Counted from the first letter of the stretch, positions 9,222-17,972 are shown. The stretch is 64,000 nucleotides of DNA from an uncultured Chloroflexia bacterium (GCA_963767985.1 CAVYGE010000006.1:169-64168); one strand, 5' to 3'. The notes: generated by a model not told the origin, from the sequence alone. Made by a program: numbers and translations.

Positions 9222-10556
9222 CGAACGCCATGTTGCAGGAGGGTGCCGACGTCCAGCTTCTCGGATGGGGCACGAACGCGTCGATCACGAGGTGGCTGGG
9301 CGAGGGCAGCGAGGGGACTGTCTGGGAGGTCGAGGTGGGCGGCGCCGCCGAACCGCTCGCGCTCAAGTGGTATCACCCCGAGCGGGCTACGCCGCTCAAG
9401 CACCGCACGATTGAGCTGCTCATCGAGCGGGGGAACCCACACGAGCGATTTCTGTGGCCGCTCGATCTCGCGACCAGCCGGTTGAGCCCGGAGTTCGGGT
9501 ATGTCATGCCGCTGCGCGCCCCTCAGTACAAGGGTCTCGTCGAGCTGATGTGGCGCGACCGGGACGAGATCAAGCAGGTGACGTTCGCGTCGCTGGCCAC
9601 CCTTGGGCTCGAGCTGGCGCATGCGTTCCTGCTCCTACACAACCAGGGCCTCTGCTACCGCGACATCAGCTTCGGCAACGTGTTCTTCGACCCCGCCACC
9701 GGGTCGACCCTCGTCTGCGACAACGACAACGTCGGCATCAACGGCAGCAGCGACTCCGACGTGGCCGGCACGTTCCGGTTCATGGCACCGGAGATCGTGC
9801 GTGACCGCAACGTGGTGCCGAGCACCGAGACCGACCTGCACTCGCTCGCGGTGCTGCTGTTCCACGTGTTCATGGTCCACCATCCCTTGGAGGGCAAGCA
9901 GGCGCTGCAGTATCCCGTGCTCGACGAGATCGCCATGGAACAGCTCTTCGGGCGGAAGCCAGTGTTCGTCTGGGATCCCGACGACCGCAGCAACGAGCCG
10001 GTCCCCGGTCTGCACGACAACGCCATTCGGTACTGGGGCATCTACCCGCAGTTCCTGCCGCGATCGGTTCACCGAGGCGTTCACCGTCGGACTGCACGAC
10101 CCGGGGAACGGGCGGGTCCGCGACGGCCAGTGGCGGGCGGAGATGGCCCGCCTGCGCGACGCGATCGTTCGGTGCCAGGCATGCGGCGCCGAGGCGTTCT
10201 ACGACGACGCCTCGGCGAAGCCGCTGACGTGCTGGGTCTGCTTCAAGCCGATCCGCCTGCCCCCATTGCTGCGCATCGGCGATCGGGCGCTCATGCTCAA
10301 CGCGGGCACGCGCGTCTACAGCCACCACCTCAGACTCGACTACGACTTCACCACCGCGATCGCCGATGTGGTCGAGAAGCCCGACGCACCCGGCACCTGG
10401 GGTCTGCGCAACCTCGGACGCGACGCATGGTCGGCGGACGTCGGCGACCGCAAGGCGTTGCCCATCGCCCCAGGCCGGGCCGTGCAGATCGGGCCGCGGA
10501 CTCGCGTGTCGTTCGGGCCCGTGCGGGGCCGCTTCGAGTTCCCCGGCACAAGCTGA
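9218..10556 (+). CDS. atypical protein kinase-like protein with Zn-ribbon and FHA-like C-terminus (one frame break near 10050)
   Basis: GTG 9218 overlaps the protease stop (GTGA). Motifs LGEGSEGTVWEV, ALKWY, YRDISFGNVFF (HRD to YRD), VCDNDNV (DFG to DND), FMAPE. After the frame switch: CQACG..x..CWVC, then LRIGDRALMLNAGTRVYSHH...WGLRNLGRDAW. Confidence 0.7.
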
Positions 10557-10587
10557 CCCGACGCCGCTAGACGTCGGCGGCCGCGGC

Positions 10588-11733
10588 TCACTTTTCGAAG
10601 CCGCCAGACGTGTTCCACAAGTCGAAGACGATGTTCTTGTTGCCGTCTTTGCGGAACGCCACGATCGTGATGTTTGGGTCATCGAGTGTGAACACGAGCC
10701 ACGCGCCGGCGGCGTTGCCGTGCACGAGCCGCCGGCCGATCGGACGCCCGGGGTCGGACGTGAAGATCCAGTCCCGCTCGCACGAGGTCGTGCGGCACGT
10801 GTCGTTCGATCCAGTGTTGAACGGTACGCCGCTCTGTTGGACGCGGGCGGTGTAGTCCGCGGACTGGGCGCCGTCGCTGCCGAACTTGTAGAGCCATGCG
10901 GTGGTGTAGGCCTCGGCGGTGCAGCTGATGGCGCCGTTCGCCCCGGTCGGGAGCGCAGTCTCCTGCATGCACCTGGGGAACCGGGGCGGGTCGCCGACAA
11001 CGTGGTTGAGGAGCTCTTGCTCGACAACGGACGGGTTCCAGCTCGGGCGGGGTGCGGCGGTGGTGCGGGTCGTGGTGGTGGTGCGCGATGTGCTGGTGGT
11101 GTCGACCACGGGGGTGGTCGTGTCCGTCGCGATCTCGGGATCGGGACCGAGGATCGCGTACGCGATCACGCCGATGGCGACCAGACTGAGCACGGCGAGG
11201 GCCGCGAGCAACCCGACGGGGCGGCGAGGCGGGGGCTCGTCTGGTTGGCGTTGCTGGCCCCAGTCGCCACCCCAGTGACCCGGCTGCTCCGGCGGGCGCG
11301 GTTGCTGAGGCGGTGGGACCTGAGTCGAGCCGACCCCGCCGTCCGGCGGTCCCTGCGGTCCTCGCGGCCGTTGCCCCGGCCCCGGGCCCGGTGGCGGCCC
11401 GGGGCGCGGTGGTGAAGCCGCCGCACTGCCAAGGGCGACGGCCCACGTGCGCACGGCCCAGTCGGCCATGTCGGCGCTGAGTCCGCGTTGCTGCACCAGG
11501 CGCGCCGTGAGCTGCTCGATGCGGGGCCCGATCGGTGTCGATGAGCGCATGAGCTCGCCTGGCACCTGCTCTTCGACGGCGCCGAGGAGGACGGCGACGT
11601 GGGGCCCGCCCTCGGGCCACACGTCGCGGAACAGCGCGGCGCAGCGGCGAGGGTCGTCAGCGAGCCCGGCGCCGTACTGGGCGAGCAGCTCGCGTAGCGT
11701 CGCGGCAGCCTGAGCGGGATCGGTCGGCGGCAT
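10588..11733 (-). CDS. membrane protein, paralogue 1: conserved cytoplasmic head, Pro-rich linker, TM, Thr-rich stalk, 4-Cys ectodomain
   Basis: Intact 381-aa ORF. ATLRELLAQYGAGLADDPRRCAALFRDVWPEGGPHVAVLLGAVEE...; TM GLLAALAVLSLVAIGVIAYAIL; ectodomain with 4 Cys. Confidence 0.7.
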   Translation of the reverse strand: MPPTDPAQAAATLRELLAQYGAGLADDPRRCAALFRDVWPEGGPHVAVLLGAVEEQVPGELMRSSTPIGPRIEQLTARLVQQRGLSADMADWAVRTWAVALGSAAASPPRPGPPPGPGPGQRPRGPQGPPDGGVGSTQVPPPQQPRPPEQPGHWGGDWGQQRQPDEPPPRRPVGLLAALAVLSLVAIGVIAYAILGPDPEIATDTTTPVVDTTSTSRTTTTTRTTAAPRPSWNPSVVEQELLNHVVGDPPRFPRCMQETALPTGANGAISCTAEAYTTAWLYKFGSDGAQSADYTARVQQSGVPFNTGSNDTCRTTSCERDWIFTSDPGRPIGRRLVHGNAAGAWLVFTLDDPNITIVAFRKDGNKNIVFDLWNTSGGFEK

Positions 11734-11764
11734 GATCAGCCCGTGTTCGTGCGGGTCGCGATGT

Positions 11765-12898
11765 TCACTTCGTGAACGTTCCGTTCAAGAACCACATGTC
11801 GTAGACGATCTGCTTGTTCCCGTCGTTGCGAAACGCGACGATCGTGATGTTGAGGTTGTCGAGTGTGAGGACCAGCCACGTGCCCGTGGCATCCCCGTGG
11901 ATCAGTCGTCGCCCGATCGTCACCTGCTGGCCGCCGTGGCGCCAAGGCCCTTCGCATCCCGACCGAGTGCATGCCTCGTTGCCGACGCCATAGTCGCGCG
12001 GCAGTCCACTCTGCTCAACGCGCGCCGTGTAGTCGGCCGCGTGGAGATCATCGCCACCGAACTTGTAGAGCCAGGCGCGCGTATAGGTCGGCGAGGTGCA
12101 CGTGATGGCAGCGGTGGCACCAGTTGGCACTCCTGGTGCGCGCTTGCACGCCGGAGACTGAGGTGGATTGCCGACTACGTGGGCCAGCAGCTCGTTCTCG
12201 TCTTGAGTCCACACGGGCGCTGCCGGTGGTTTGACGACGGTGGTGGTCGTACTCGTGCTCGTGGTCGTGGTCGGATCGAACGGCTCAGTGGTCGTGTCGG
12301 TCGCGACCTCTGGATCCTTGCCACCGAACGTCGCGAACGCGATCACGCCGATGGCGATGAGACCGAGCGCAGTGAGGGCCACGATCAAGCCAACGGGGTG
12401 TTTGGGCTGCCGATCGACGGGCCGGCGCTCTGGCGGCCACTCGCCGCCCCAGTGCCCGGGTTGCTGTGGCTGGCGAGGTGCCTGCGGCGGTGGAACCTGC
12501 GTCGACGCGACCCCACCGGCCGGTGGTCCCTGGGGCCCAGGAGGGCGTTGCCCCGGCCCCGGTAGCGGCCCGGGGCGCGGTGGCGCCGGTGCCGCGCGGC
12601 CGAGGGCGACGGCCCACGTGCGCACGGCCCAGTCGGCCATGTCGGTGCTGAGCCCGCGTTGTTGGGCCAGACGCGCCGCCAGCTGCTCGATGCGGGGTCC
12701 GATCGGCGTCGACGAGCGCATGAGGTCGCCGGGGACTTGCTCCTCGACGGCCCCGAGCAGCACGGCCACGTGCGGCCCGCCTTCGGGCCACACGTCGCGG
12801 AACAGCGCGGCGCAACGTCGAGGATCGTCGGCCAGTTCCGCGCCGTACTGCGCGAGCAGCTCGCGCAAAGTCGCGGCGGGATCGGTGGGGGGCGGCAT
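11765..12898 (-). CDS. membrane protein, paralogue 2 (tandem duplicate of 10588-11733)
   Basis: ATG at 12898 chosen by alignment with paralogue 1 (MPPPTDPAATLRELLAQYGAELADDPRRCAALF...). Same domain order and the same 4 Cys positions. Confidence 0.7.
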   Translation of the reverse strand: MPPPTDPAATLRELLAQYGAELADDPRRCAALFRDVWPEGGPHVAVLLGAVEEQVPGDLMRSSTPIGPRIEQLAARLAQQRGLSTDMADWAVRTWAVALGRAAPAPPRPGPLPGPGQRPPGPQGPPAGGVASTQVPPPQAPRQPQQPGHWGGEWPPERRPVDRQPKHPVGLIVALTALGLIAIGVIAFATFGGKDPEVATDTTTEPFDPTTTTSTSTTTTVVKPPAAPVWTQDENELLAHVVGNPPQSPACKRAPGVPTGATAAITCTSPTYTRAWLYKFGGDDLHAADYTARVEQSGLPRDYGVGNEACTRSGCEGPWRHGGQQVTIGRRLIHGDATGTWLVLTLDNLNITIVAFRNDGNKQIVYDMWFLNGTFTK

Positions 12899-13027
12899 CA
12901 ACGCACCGGCCGACGCGACGGCGGCCGTCTCAGGATGCGCGTCAACCCGACCCTCCCATGGTGGTCCGCCTTCCGCCACGCGGATCGATCACCGCCCGGC
13001 GCTTCCCCAATGAAAGACGCTATCGGG

Positions 13028-14017
13028 CTAGGCGTGAACGTGTTGTGTCCAGCAGTGCAGATGCACGAAGCGGCCACAGACGTCGCACCGCTGCACGGTG
13101 GCGAGCATCGGTTCGCGGCAGACCGGGCAACCGGTGTCGACCTCCTCATGGCTGCCGCCGCCACCGAGGGGGATGGTGGGCGCGGCCGCAAGGGTCGCAG
13201 GCTCGTCGAGCGGGCGACCGAGGAGCGGCGCGAGCACCGTCAGGGCGGCGGCGGCGAACGCGTCGAGGTTCGACAGCTCGGGGTGCTGGCCGAAGTTCTC
13301 GTGGAGCCCACTCGGCGCGAAGAGGCAGAAGTAGAGGTCGTCGTGGCTGTCAGGCATGCCCTCGAGCGCGGCGATGGCAACGATCTGCCCTTGGTCGTAT
13401 GCGACGCCAAGCGCGCTGTAGCTGATTGGCCCATCGGCAACGGGAGCGGTCCAGATCTCGACCCACGAACGAGCCGGCAAGGCCGGGGCATCGTCCGCCT
13501 CGATGGTGTCGACGATTCGCCAGCTGCGCAGGCGCGGCGTGGCACCGCTGGTCGCGGCTCTGGTCGCGACGTAGGCCTGGAACGGGCCGTGCTGGGCGGC
13601 CTGCGTGCGGCCCGAGTCGATACCGGCGCGTGCGTCGGCGCGACGGCGCAGGACTGACTCTGTCTGGGCCCGCACGAGCGTGGGCCACCCCTCTGGTCGC
13701 GAAGGCATCGGACCGAACCGGCTGGTTGCGCCATCGTCGGTGTACAGCTCGGTGAAGCTGTCGCGGTCGCGCGTGTTCCGCGATGCACAGCGTCGACCAG
13801 CGGCCATCGGGGTTGACCAGCGCCCACCCGTCGGTGAACCGGCCGGATGGTTCCACGATCTCGCCGAGCACCAGCACGTGCTCCCCTGGATCGGTGAGGC
13901 CGGGGTGCTCGAAGCGCTCGACGACGCGAAGGGCAGACACCCCCACGTCGGCGTTCCGGGCCCGCAACGCCGCGAGCTCCGGCGGAGGTTCGGAGGACTT
14001 GCGGCGGAGAAAGCTCA
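13028..14017 (-). CDS. hypothetical protein with C-terminal Cys/His zinc-finger-like motif (one frame break near 13770)
   Basis: Probable GTG at about 14017 (VSFLRRKSSEPPPELAAL...). C-terminus ..GCPVCREPMLATVQRCDVCGRFVHLHCWTQHVHA. I do not recognise a family. Confidence 0.45.
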
Positions 14018-14029
14018 CTCGGGGGAACG

Positions 14030-14470
14030 CTACGCGTCGCCGCGCTTCCCGGCGAAGAACTCGGTGAGCAGCGCCGCCGCCTCGTCGGCTCGGACGCCGG
14101 CCGTGATCGGCACCTCGTGGTTGAGCCGCGGGTCGGCGCACAGGTTGTAGAGCGAGCCGCACGCCCCGGCCCGGAGGTCGGCGGCGCCGAACACCAGGCG
14201 CCCCACCCGCGCGGCGAGGAGGGCGCCGGCGCACATGGCGCAGGGCTCGAGCGTGACGACCAGGGTTGCCCTGACGAGCCGCCATCCGTCGCCTATGACG
14301 GCCACGGCATCTCGCATGGCCAGGATCTCGGCGTGGGCGGTCGGATCGCCCGTTCGCTCGCGCTCGTTGTGGCGACGGGCGACGACCTGCCCGTCGACCA
14401 GCACCACCGCCCCGATGGGCACGTCGTCGTGGTCGAGGGCGGCGGTGGCTTCCTCGAGTGCTAGCGCCAT
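14030..14470 (-). CDS. tadA: tRNA-specific adenosine deaminase
   Basis: 146 aa from ATG 14470. Deaminase zinc motifs HAEILAM and TLEPCAMCAGAL, with the conserved GAADLRAGACGS. Confidence 0.9.
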   Translation of the reverse strand: MALALEEATAALDHDDVPIGAVVLVDGQVVARRHNERERTGDPTAHAEILAMRDAVAVIGDGWRLVRATLVVTLEPCAMCAGALLAARVGRLVFGAADLRAGACGSLYNLCADPRLNHEVPITAGVRADEAAALLTEFFAGKRGDA

Positions 14471-14715
14471 TGCCTCCGAATCGCCCAGAATGCCCGTCGT
14501 CACCCCGTCGACGGTAACCAACCCAAGCTTCGGTCCAAGACGCGAAACCCGGCAGGACTGAGCGTGAACGTCAGCGAACTCTTGACCCAACAAGTCGCAG
14601 GTAGGCCCATCGGGCGGCGCTGGGGCCGTCCGGTTGGCTGGGCGGCGGCTCGGCCGAAGCTGGCGGCTCAGCACGGTGCAGGCAAGACCGGCTGATGCCG
14701 GAAGGAGGCTGATCG

Positions 14716-15918
14716 GTGGCGCAGATCCGAAGCGGACGACACGTTCGCGTGCGGACCCTGCTCCCAGGGATCGTCGCCGTCGCCACCGTTGTCCTGCTGC
14801 ACGCGGTGGCCCCGCTGTCGAGCCCGACGACCCACCTCGCCGGCGCCGGACCCGCGTTCAGCGCCAGCGACCAGAGCCAATCGGCCCAGGCTGGACGCGA
14901 TCTGGCGGCCGCCGCCGGCCAGGCGGCCGACGGCTCGGCCACCAGCACGCCGGCCACCGCCGCCGGCCCCACGCTGGTCCCGACCCCCGATCCCACGGCG
15001 CCGGCCGCCCTCGCCGCGCCGACGCCACCGCCCGCGGCCAAGGGCGAGCGGTTCGAGGCGCCCCCCACCGACCCGGTCGTCCTCGCCGAGCCCTCCTCGC
15101 CGCCGCCACGGCCGAGCAGTCGAGCGGCGGCCTCGGGTCGTGGCGTGTGGGCGGTCGTGGTCGGCGTGGACGACTACCCGGGAAGCAACGACCTTCAGTC
15201 GGCCGTCAACGACGCCAACGACGTCGACGCCGCGCTCGGGCTCTACCAGGTGCCGGGCACCCAGCGGCTCCTGCTCCGCAACGGCTCAGCCCGATCGGGC
15301 GACATCCTGGCCGCCGTCGACTGGCTGGTGGCCAATGCCGGCCCCGAGGCCACGGCGGTGTTCTTCTACGCGGGCCACGTCCGCCAGGTGTCGCGCGGCG
15401 TCGAAGGGATCGTCGCATCCGACGGGCGCGTCGTCACCGACGCCACGTTGGCGTCGCGGCTGCGCAACCTCGCGGCCCGCCAGACCTGGATCACGATCGC
15501 CGGGTGCTTTGGCGGTGGCTTCACCGAGGTGCTGGCGCCGTCGCGCATCCTCGTTGCCGCCGCGCCGGCCGGCGTCTACGCCTACGAGAACGAAGGCTTC
15601 GGTCGCTCGTACCTCGTCGAGTACATGGTGCGCAGGGCGATGCTCGCCGGCTACGCGCCCGGCTCGGTGCAGGAGGCCTACGCCTGGGCGTACAACCAGC
15701 TCCAGCGCGATTACCCCAACCGCATGCCGGTGGCCTACGACCAGTCGGGCAGTCCGATCCGCCTCGGTCCCTCCGGCCCGCCGAACCCGGCGCCGCCGCC
15801 TCCGGCCCAGCCCGGCCAACCGCAACCGACGTCGCCGCCCCCGCCGACGACAACCCCGCCCACGACGACGCCACCCAGCTGCCGGGGCATCGTGGTCATC
15901 GGTCACGGCTGCTCGTAG
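14716..15918 (+). CDS. exported caspase-fold (clan CD, C14-like) peptidase with Pro/Thr-rich C-terminal tail
   Basis: RBS GGAAGGAGG precedes GTG 14716. N-terminal hydrophobic segment LLPGIVAVATVVLLHAV. VVVGVDDYPGSNDLQSAVNDANDV, His context FFYAGHV, Cys context TIAGCFGGGF. Tail PPPPAQPGQPQPTSPPPPTTTPPTTTPPSCRGIVVIGHGCS. Confidence 0.6.
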   Translation: MAQIRSGRHVRVRTLLPGIVAVATVVLLHAVAPLSSPTTHLAGAGPAFSASDQSQSAQAGRDLAAAAGQAADGSATSTPATAAGPTLVPTPDPTAPAALAAPTPPPAAKGERFEAPPTDPVVLAEPSSPPPRPSSRAAASGRGVWAVVVGVDDYPGSNDLQSAVNDANDVDAALGLYQVPGTQRLLLRNGSARSGDILAAVDWLVANAGPEATAVFFYAGHVRQVSRGVEGIVASDGRVVTDATLASRLRNLAARQTWITIAGCFGGGFTEVLAPSRILVAAAPAGVYAYENEGFGRSYLVEYMVRRAMLAGYAPGSVQEAYAWAYNQLQRDYPNRMPVAYDQSGSPIRLGPSGPPNPAPPPPAQPGQPQPTSPPPPTTTPPTTTPPSCRGIVVIGHGCS

Positions 15919-15970
15919 GCGAGCCAACCCAGGGGTGACGCCGGCGTGGCTCGCCTGTGTCTCGAGTCGA

Positions 15971-16279
15971 TCAGCATCCCATCGCAGCGGCCAGCGTCCG
16001 ACACGCGTCCGCTGCCCTCGCCGGGGAAAGGGCGGTGATGCGCCGCCGGAACGCGTCGCGGGGCAGGGTGTGAAGGTTGTCGAAGTTCACGACGCAGTCG
16101 GTCGGGACCCCATCGGGCTTCGCACGCAGCTCGAGCTCGGACACCAGACCCCGCTGGGTTCGCGTGAGTGCGGCGACGACCACCGATCCGATGCGGTCCG
16201 CCACCGGGTCGCGGGTCAGCACGAGTACCGGCCGGTCGCCGCCAGGTGTGACGGCGAACCAGATCTCACCCCGCTGCAT
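15971..16279 (-). CDS. mazF: type II toxin, MazF/PemK-family endoribonuclease
   Basis: MQRGEIWFAVTPGGDRPVLVLTRDPVADRIGSVVVAALT...NFDNLHTLPR is a typical PemK/MazF fold signature. Overlaps the upstream antitoxin ORF by 14 nt. Confidence 0.85.
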   Translation of the reverse strand: MQRGEIWFAVTPGGDRPVLVLTRDPVADRIGSVVVAALTRTQRGLVSELELRAKPDGVPTDCVVNFDNLHTLPRDAFRRRITALSPARAADACRTLAAAMGC

Positions 16280-16517
16280 CGGCCCACTCCGACCAGTCCT
16301 CTGCGGGCCCCCAGTCGGCGATGTCGGACAAGGCGGTCTCGCTTGTGTCCAGCGGCTGGTCAGCCCAAGTCTGCGCGTCGTTCTCGCTGCGGAGCCGGAT
16401 CAGCTGCCGCCGAAGCGCGTCGCGCAGCAGCTCGGATCGATCGACCCCGAGCCGTTCCGCCCACGCTTGGACGGCCTCGGCGTCGGCGTCCTCGACCCGG
16501 AAGCTCAGCATCGTCAT
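16266..16517 (-). CDS. mazE: type II antitoxin (MazE-like) with acidic C-terminus
   Basis: 83-aa ORF directly upstream of and overlapping mazF. MTMLSFRVEDADAEAVQAWAERLGVDRSELLRDALRRQL followed by an acidic/Trp-rich tail. Confidence 0.75.
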   Translation of the reverse strand: MTMLSFRVEDADAEAVQAWAERLGVDRSELLRDALRRQLIRLRSENDAQTWADQPLDTSETALSDIADWGPAEDWSEWADAAG

Positions 16518-16526
16518 ACGAAGAGC

Positions 16527-17111
16527 CTATCTCGTATGACAACAGGGCGATACATGGGGTGGCCGGGCTGGCCCTACCTCGCGGCGGGGAATCGCGACGC
16601 GGTGAGTGCCGGGAGGGTTGAAGACGCCCGGCTCCGAGTCGGGGTTGGCGACGAGCACTTCGCCCTCGAGTCCGTCCGGGTCGACGAAGAACACCGATAG
16701 GACCGGGCCGAAGTCCGTGACGAAGTCGTCGGCGGCGCCGCTGGTGATGAGGCGACGCCTGATCTCCCCGAACGCCTCGAGCGACGCCGCCTGGAGTCCG
16801 ACGTGGTCGAGTCGGCCGCGCCCGAACATCGGCGCCTGGCGGTTCGCCTCGGCGTTGCCGTCGATCTCGAAGACGTTCAGCTCGCGCCCCTCGCCGATGT
16901 GGATGATCGAGAGCTTGAAGCCGGGCTGCTGCTCGATCGTGTGTGCCGGAGGCGAGTCGAAGACCTCTGCATAGAAGCGCGAGAGGCGATCGGTGTCCTG
17001 GGTGAGCACTGCCACGTGGTTGACGCCGTCGAGCAACACGCAGGCGAATGTAGTTCGAGTCACATTGGCGGAGGCGATGAGATGGCTTTCGAACCCGCCG
17101 GACACCTTCAA
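16527..17111 (-). CDS. VOC/glyoxalase-family protein (start uncertain: 17111 or GTG 17039)
   Basis: VNHVAVLTQDTDRLSRFYAEVF...GRLDHVGLQAASLEAFGEIRRRL...SVFFVDPDGLEGEV is a paired beta-alpha-beta-beta-beta VOC pattern. Confidence 0.7.
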   Translation of the reverse strand: MKVSGGFESHLIASANVTRTTFACVLLDGVNHVAVLTQDTDRLSRFYAEVFDSPPAHTIEQQPGFKLSIIHIGEGRELNVFEIDGNAEANRQAPMFGRGRLDHVGLQAASLEAFGEIRRRLITSGAADDFVTDFGPVLSVFFVDPDGLEGEVLVANPDSEPGVFNPPGTHRVAIPRREVGPARPPHVSPCCHTR

Positions 17112-17158
17112 GCGCCTGACCCGAACCCAGATGTGCTGACTGGGTGGCGGCCCCTGTC

Positions 17159-17815
17159 CTATGCGGGCTCGGTGGCCTCGCAGCCGTCCCCGAACTCGCC
17201 GTTGGCATCACTGAACCCCGGATTGCACATGAGGACCCACACACCGGCCTGGCACGTCGCCCAACCGTTCGGAACAGTCGGAGGAACGAGTTCTTCGTCG
17301 ACCAAGCCGTCGGCGTCGTTGTCGACGTTGTCGCATTCCTCGGGGCCGGTGAAGGGCACGGGACCGTACTCGCATCCGTCGGCGACGATGCCGTTGAGGT
17401 CCCAGTAATTCACGTTGCAGGCCAATAGATGGACCTCGCCGGTGAACAGGTCGCACCCTGCCGTGCCGTTCGGAATCAGCGGAGGCGTCTCGTACAGGCC
17501 ATCGCCGTCGGCGTCCGTGCACTCGAACAGCGCAGCCTCGGAGTCGTCCTCGCGGGACGTGCAATCGGGGTCGCCGCCGCTGCGCTTGTAGTCGACGAGA
17601 CCGTCGCCGTCGTTGTCGATCCGGTCAGCGCATGCCGGCTTCGGCTTCGGCTTCGGCGCCGCGGCAGCCGGCCCTGCAGATGCCACCAGCAGCCCACCGA
17701 GCACCACCGTGACGACCGCCAGACTGCCCAGGACGCGCCCAGCCCGCGTACCGTGGAGCGAGGAGGTTGGCTGCGCGAGGGAACCGCCGAACCGCCGCAA
17801 GTGCAACACCGCCAT
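17159..17815 (-). CDS. secreted Cys-rich protein with repeated Dx[DN]xDG metal-binding-type motifs
   Basis: Signal-like LGSLAVVTVVLGGLLVASAGPAAAAP. Repeats CADRIDNDGDGLVDY, CTDADGDGLYE, CDNVDNDADGLVDE, and NYWDLNG..DGCE / FSDANGEFGDGCE. Confidence 0.6.
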   Translation of the reverse strand: MAVLHLRRFGGSLAQPTSSLHGTRAGRVLGSLAVVTVVLGGLLVASAGPAAAAPKPKPKPACADRIDNDGDGLVDYKRSGGDPDCTSREDDSEAALFECTDADGDGLYETPPLIPNGTAGCDLFTGEVHLLACNVNYWDLNGIVADGCEYGPVPFTGPEECDNVDNDADGLVDEELVPPTVPNGWATCQAGVWVLMCNPGFSDANGEFGDGCEATEPA

Positions 17816-17972
17816 CTCCTTGATCTCAGCTGCCGGCCGTCCCAGGACGCGCCTCGGATTTGGTCCTGATTGTAGGCCAGCCCGCGGGATCGAAGAAGGG
17901 TGTTACCACCCATTTCGAGCGGGGTGCGTCCACCCCAGGCTCGCGACGTGAGGCTCGCTTAGAGCGAGAGAG

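Noticed and set aside
12899-12979. The longer start (12979) for paralogue 2 given by the ORF track.
   Set aside because: Paralogue 1 begins MPPTDPA.. and paralogue 2 has the matching MPPPTDPA.. at 12898. The extra 27 codons have no counterpart.
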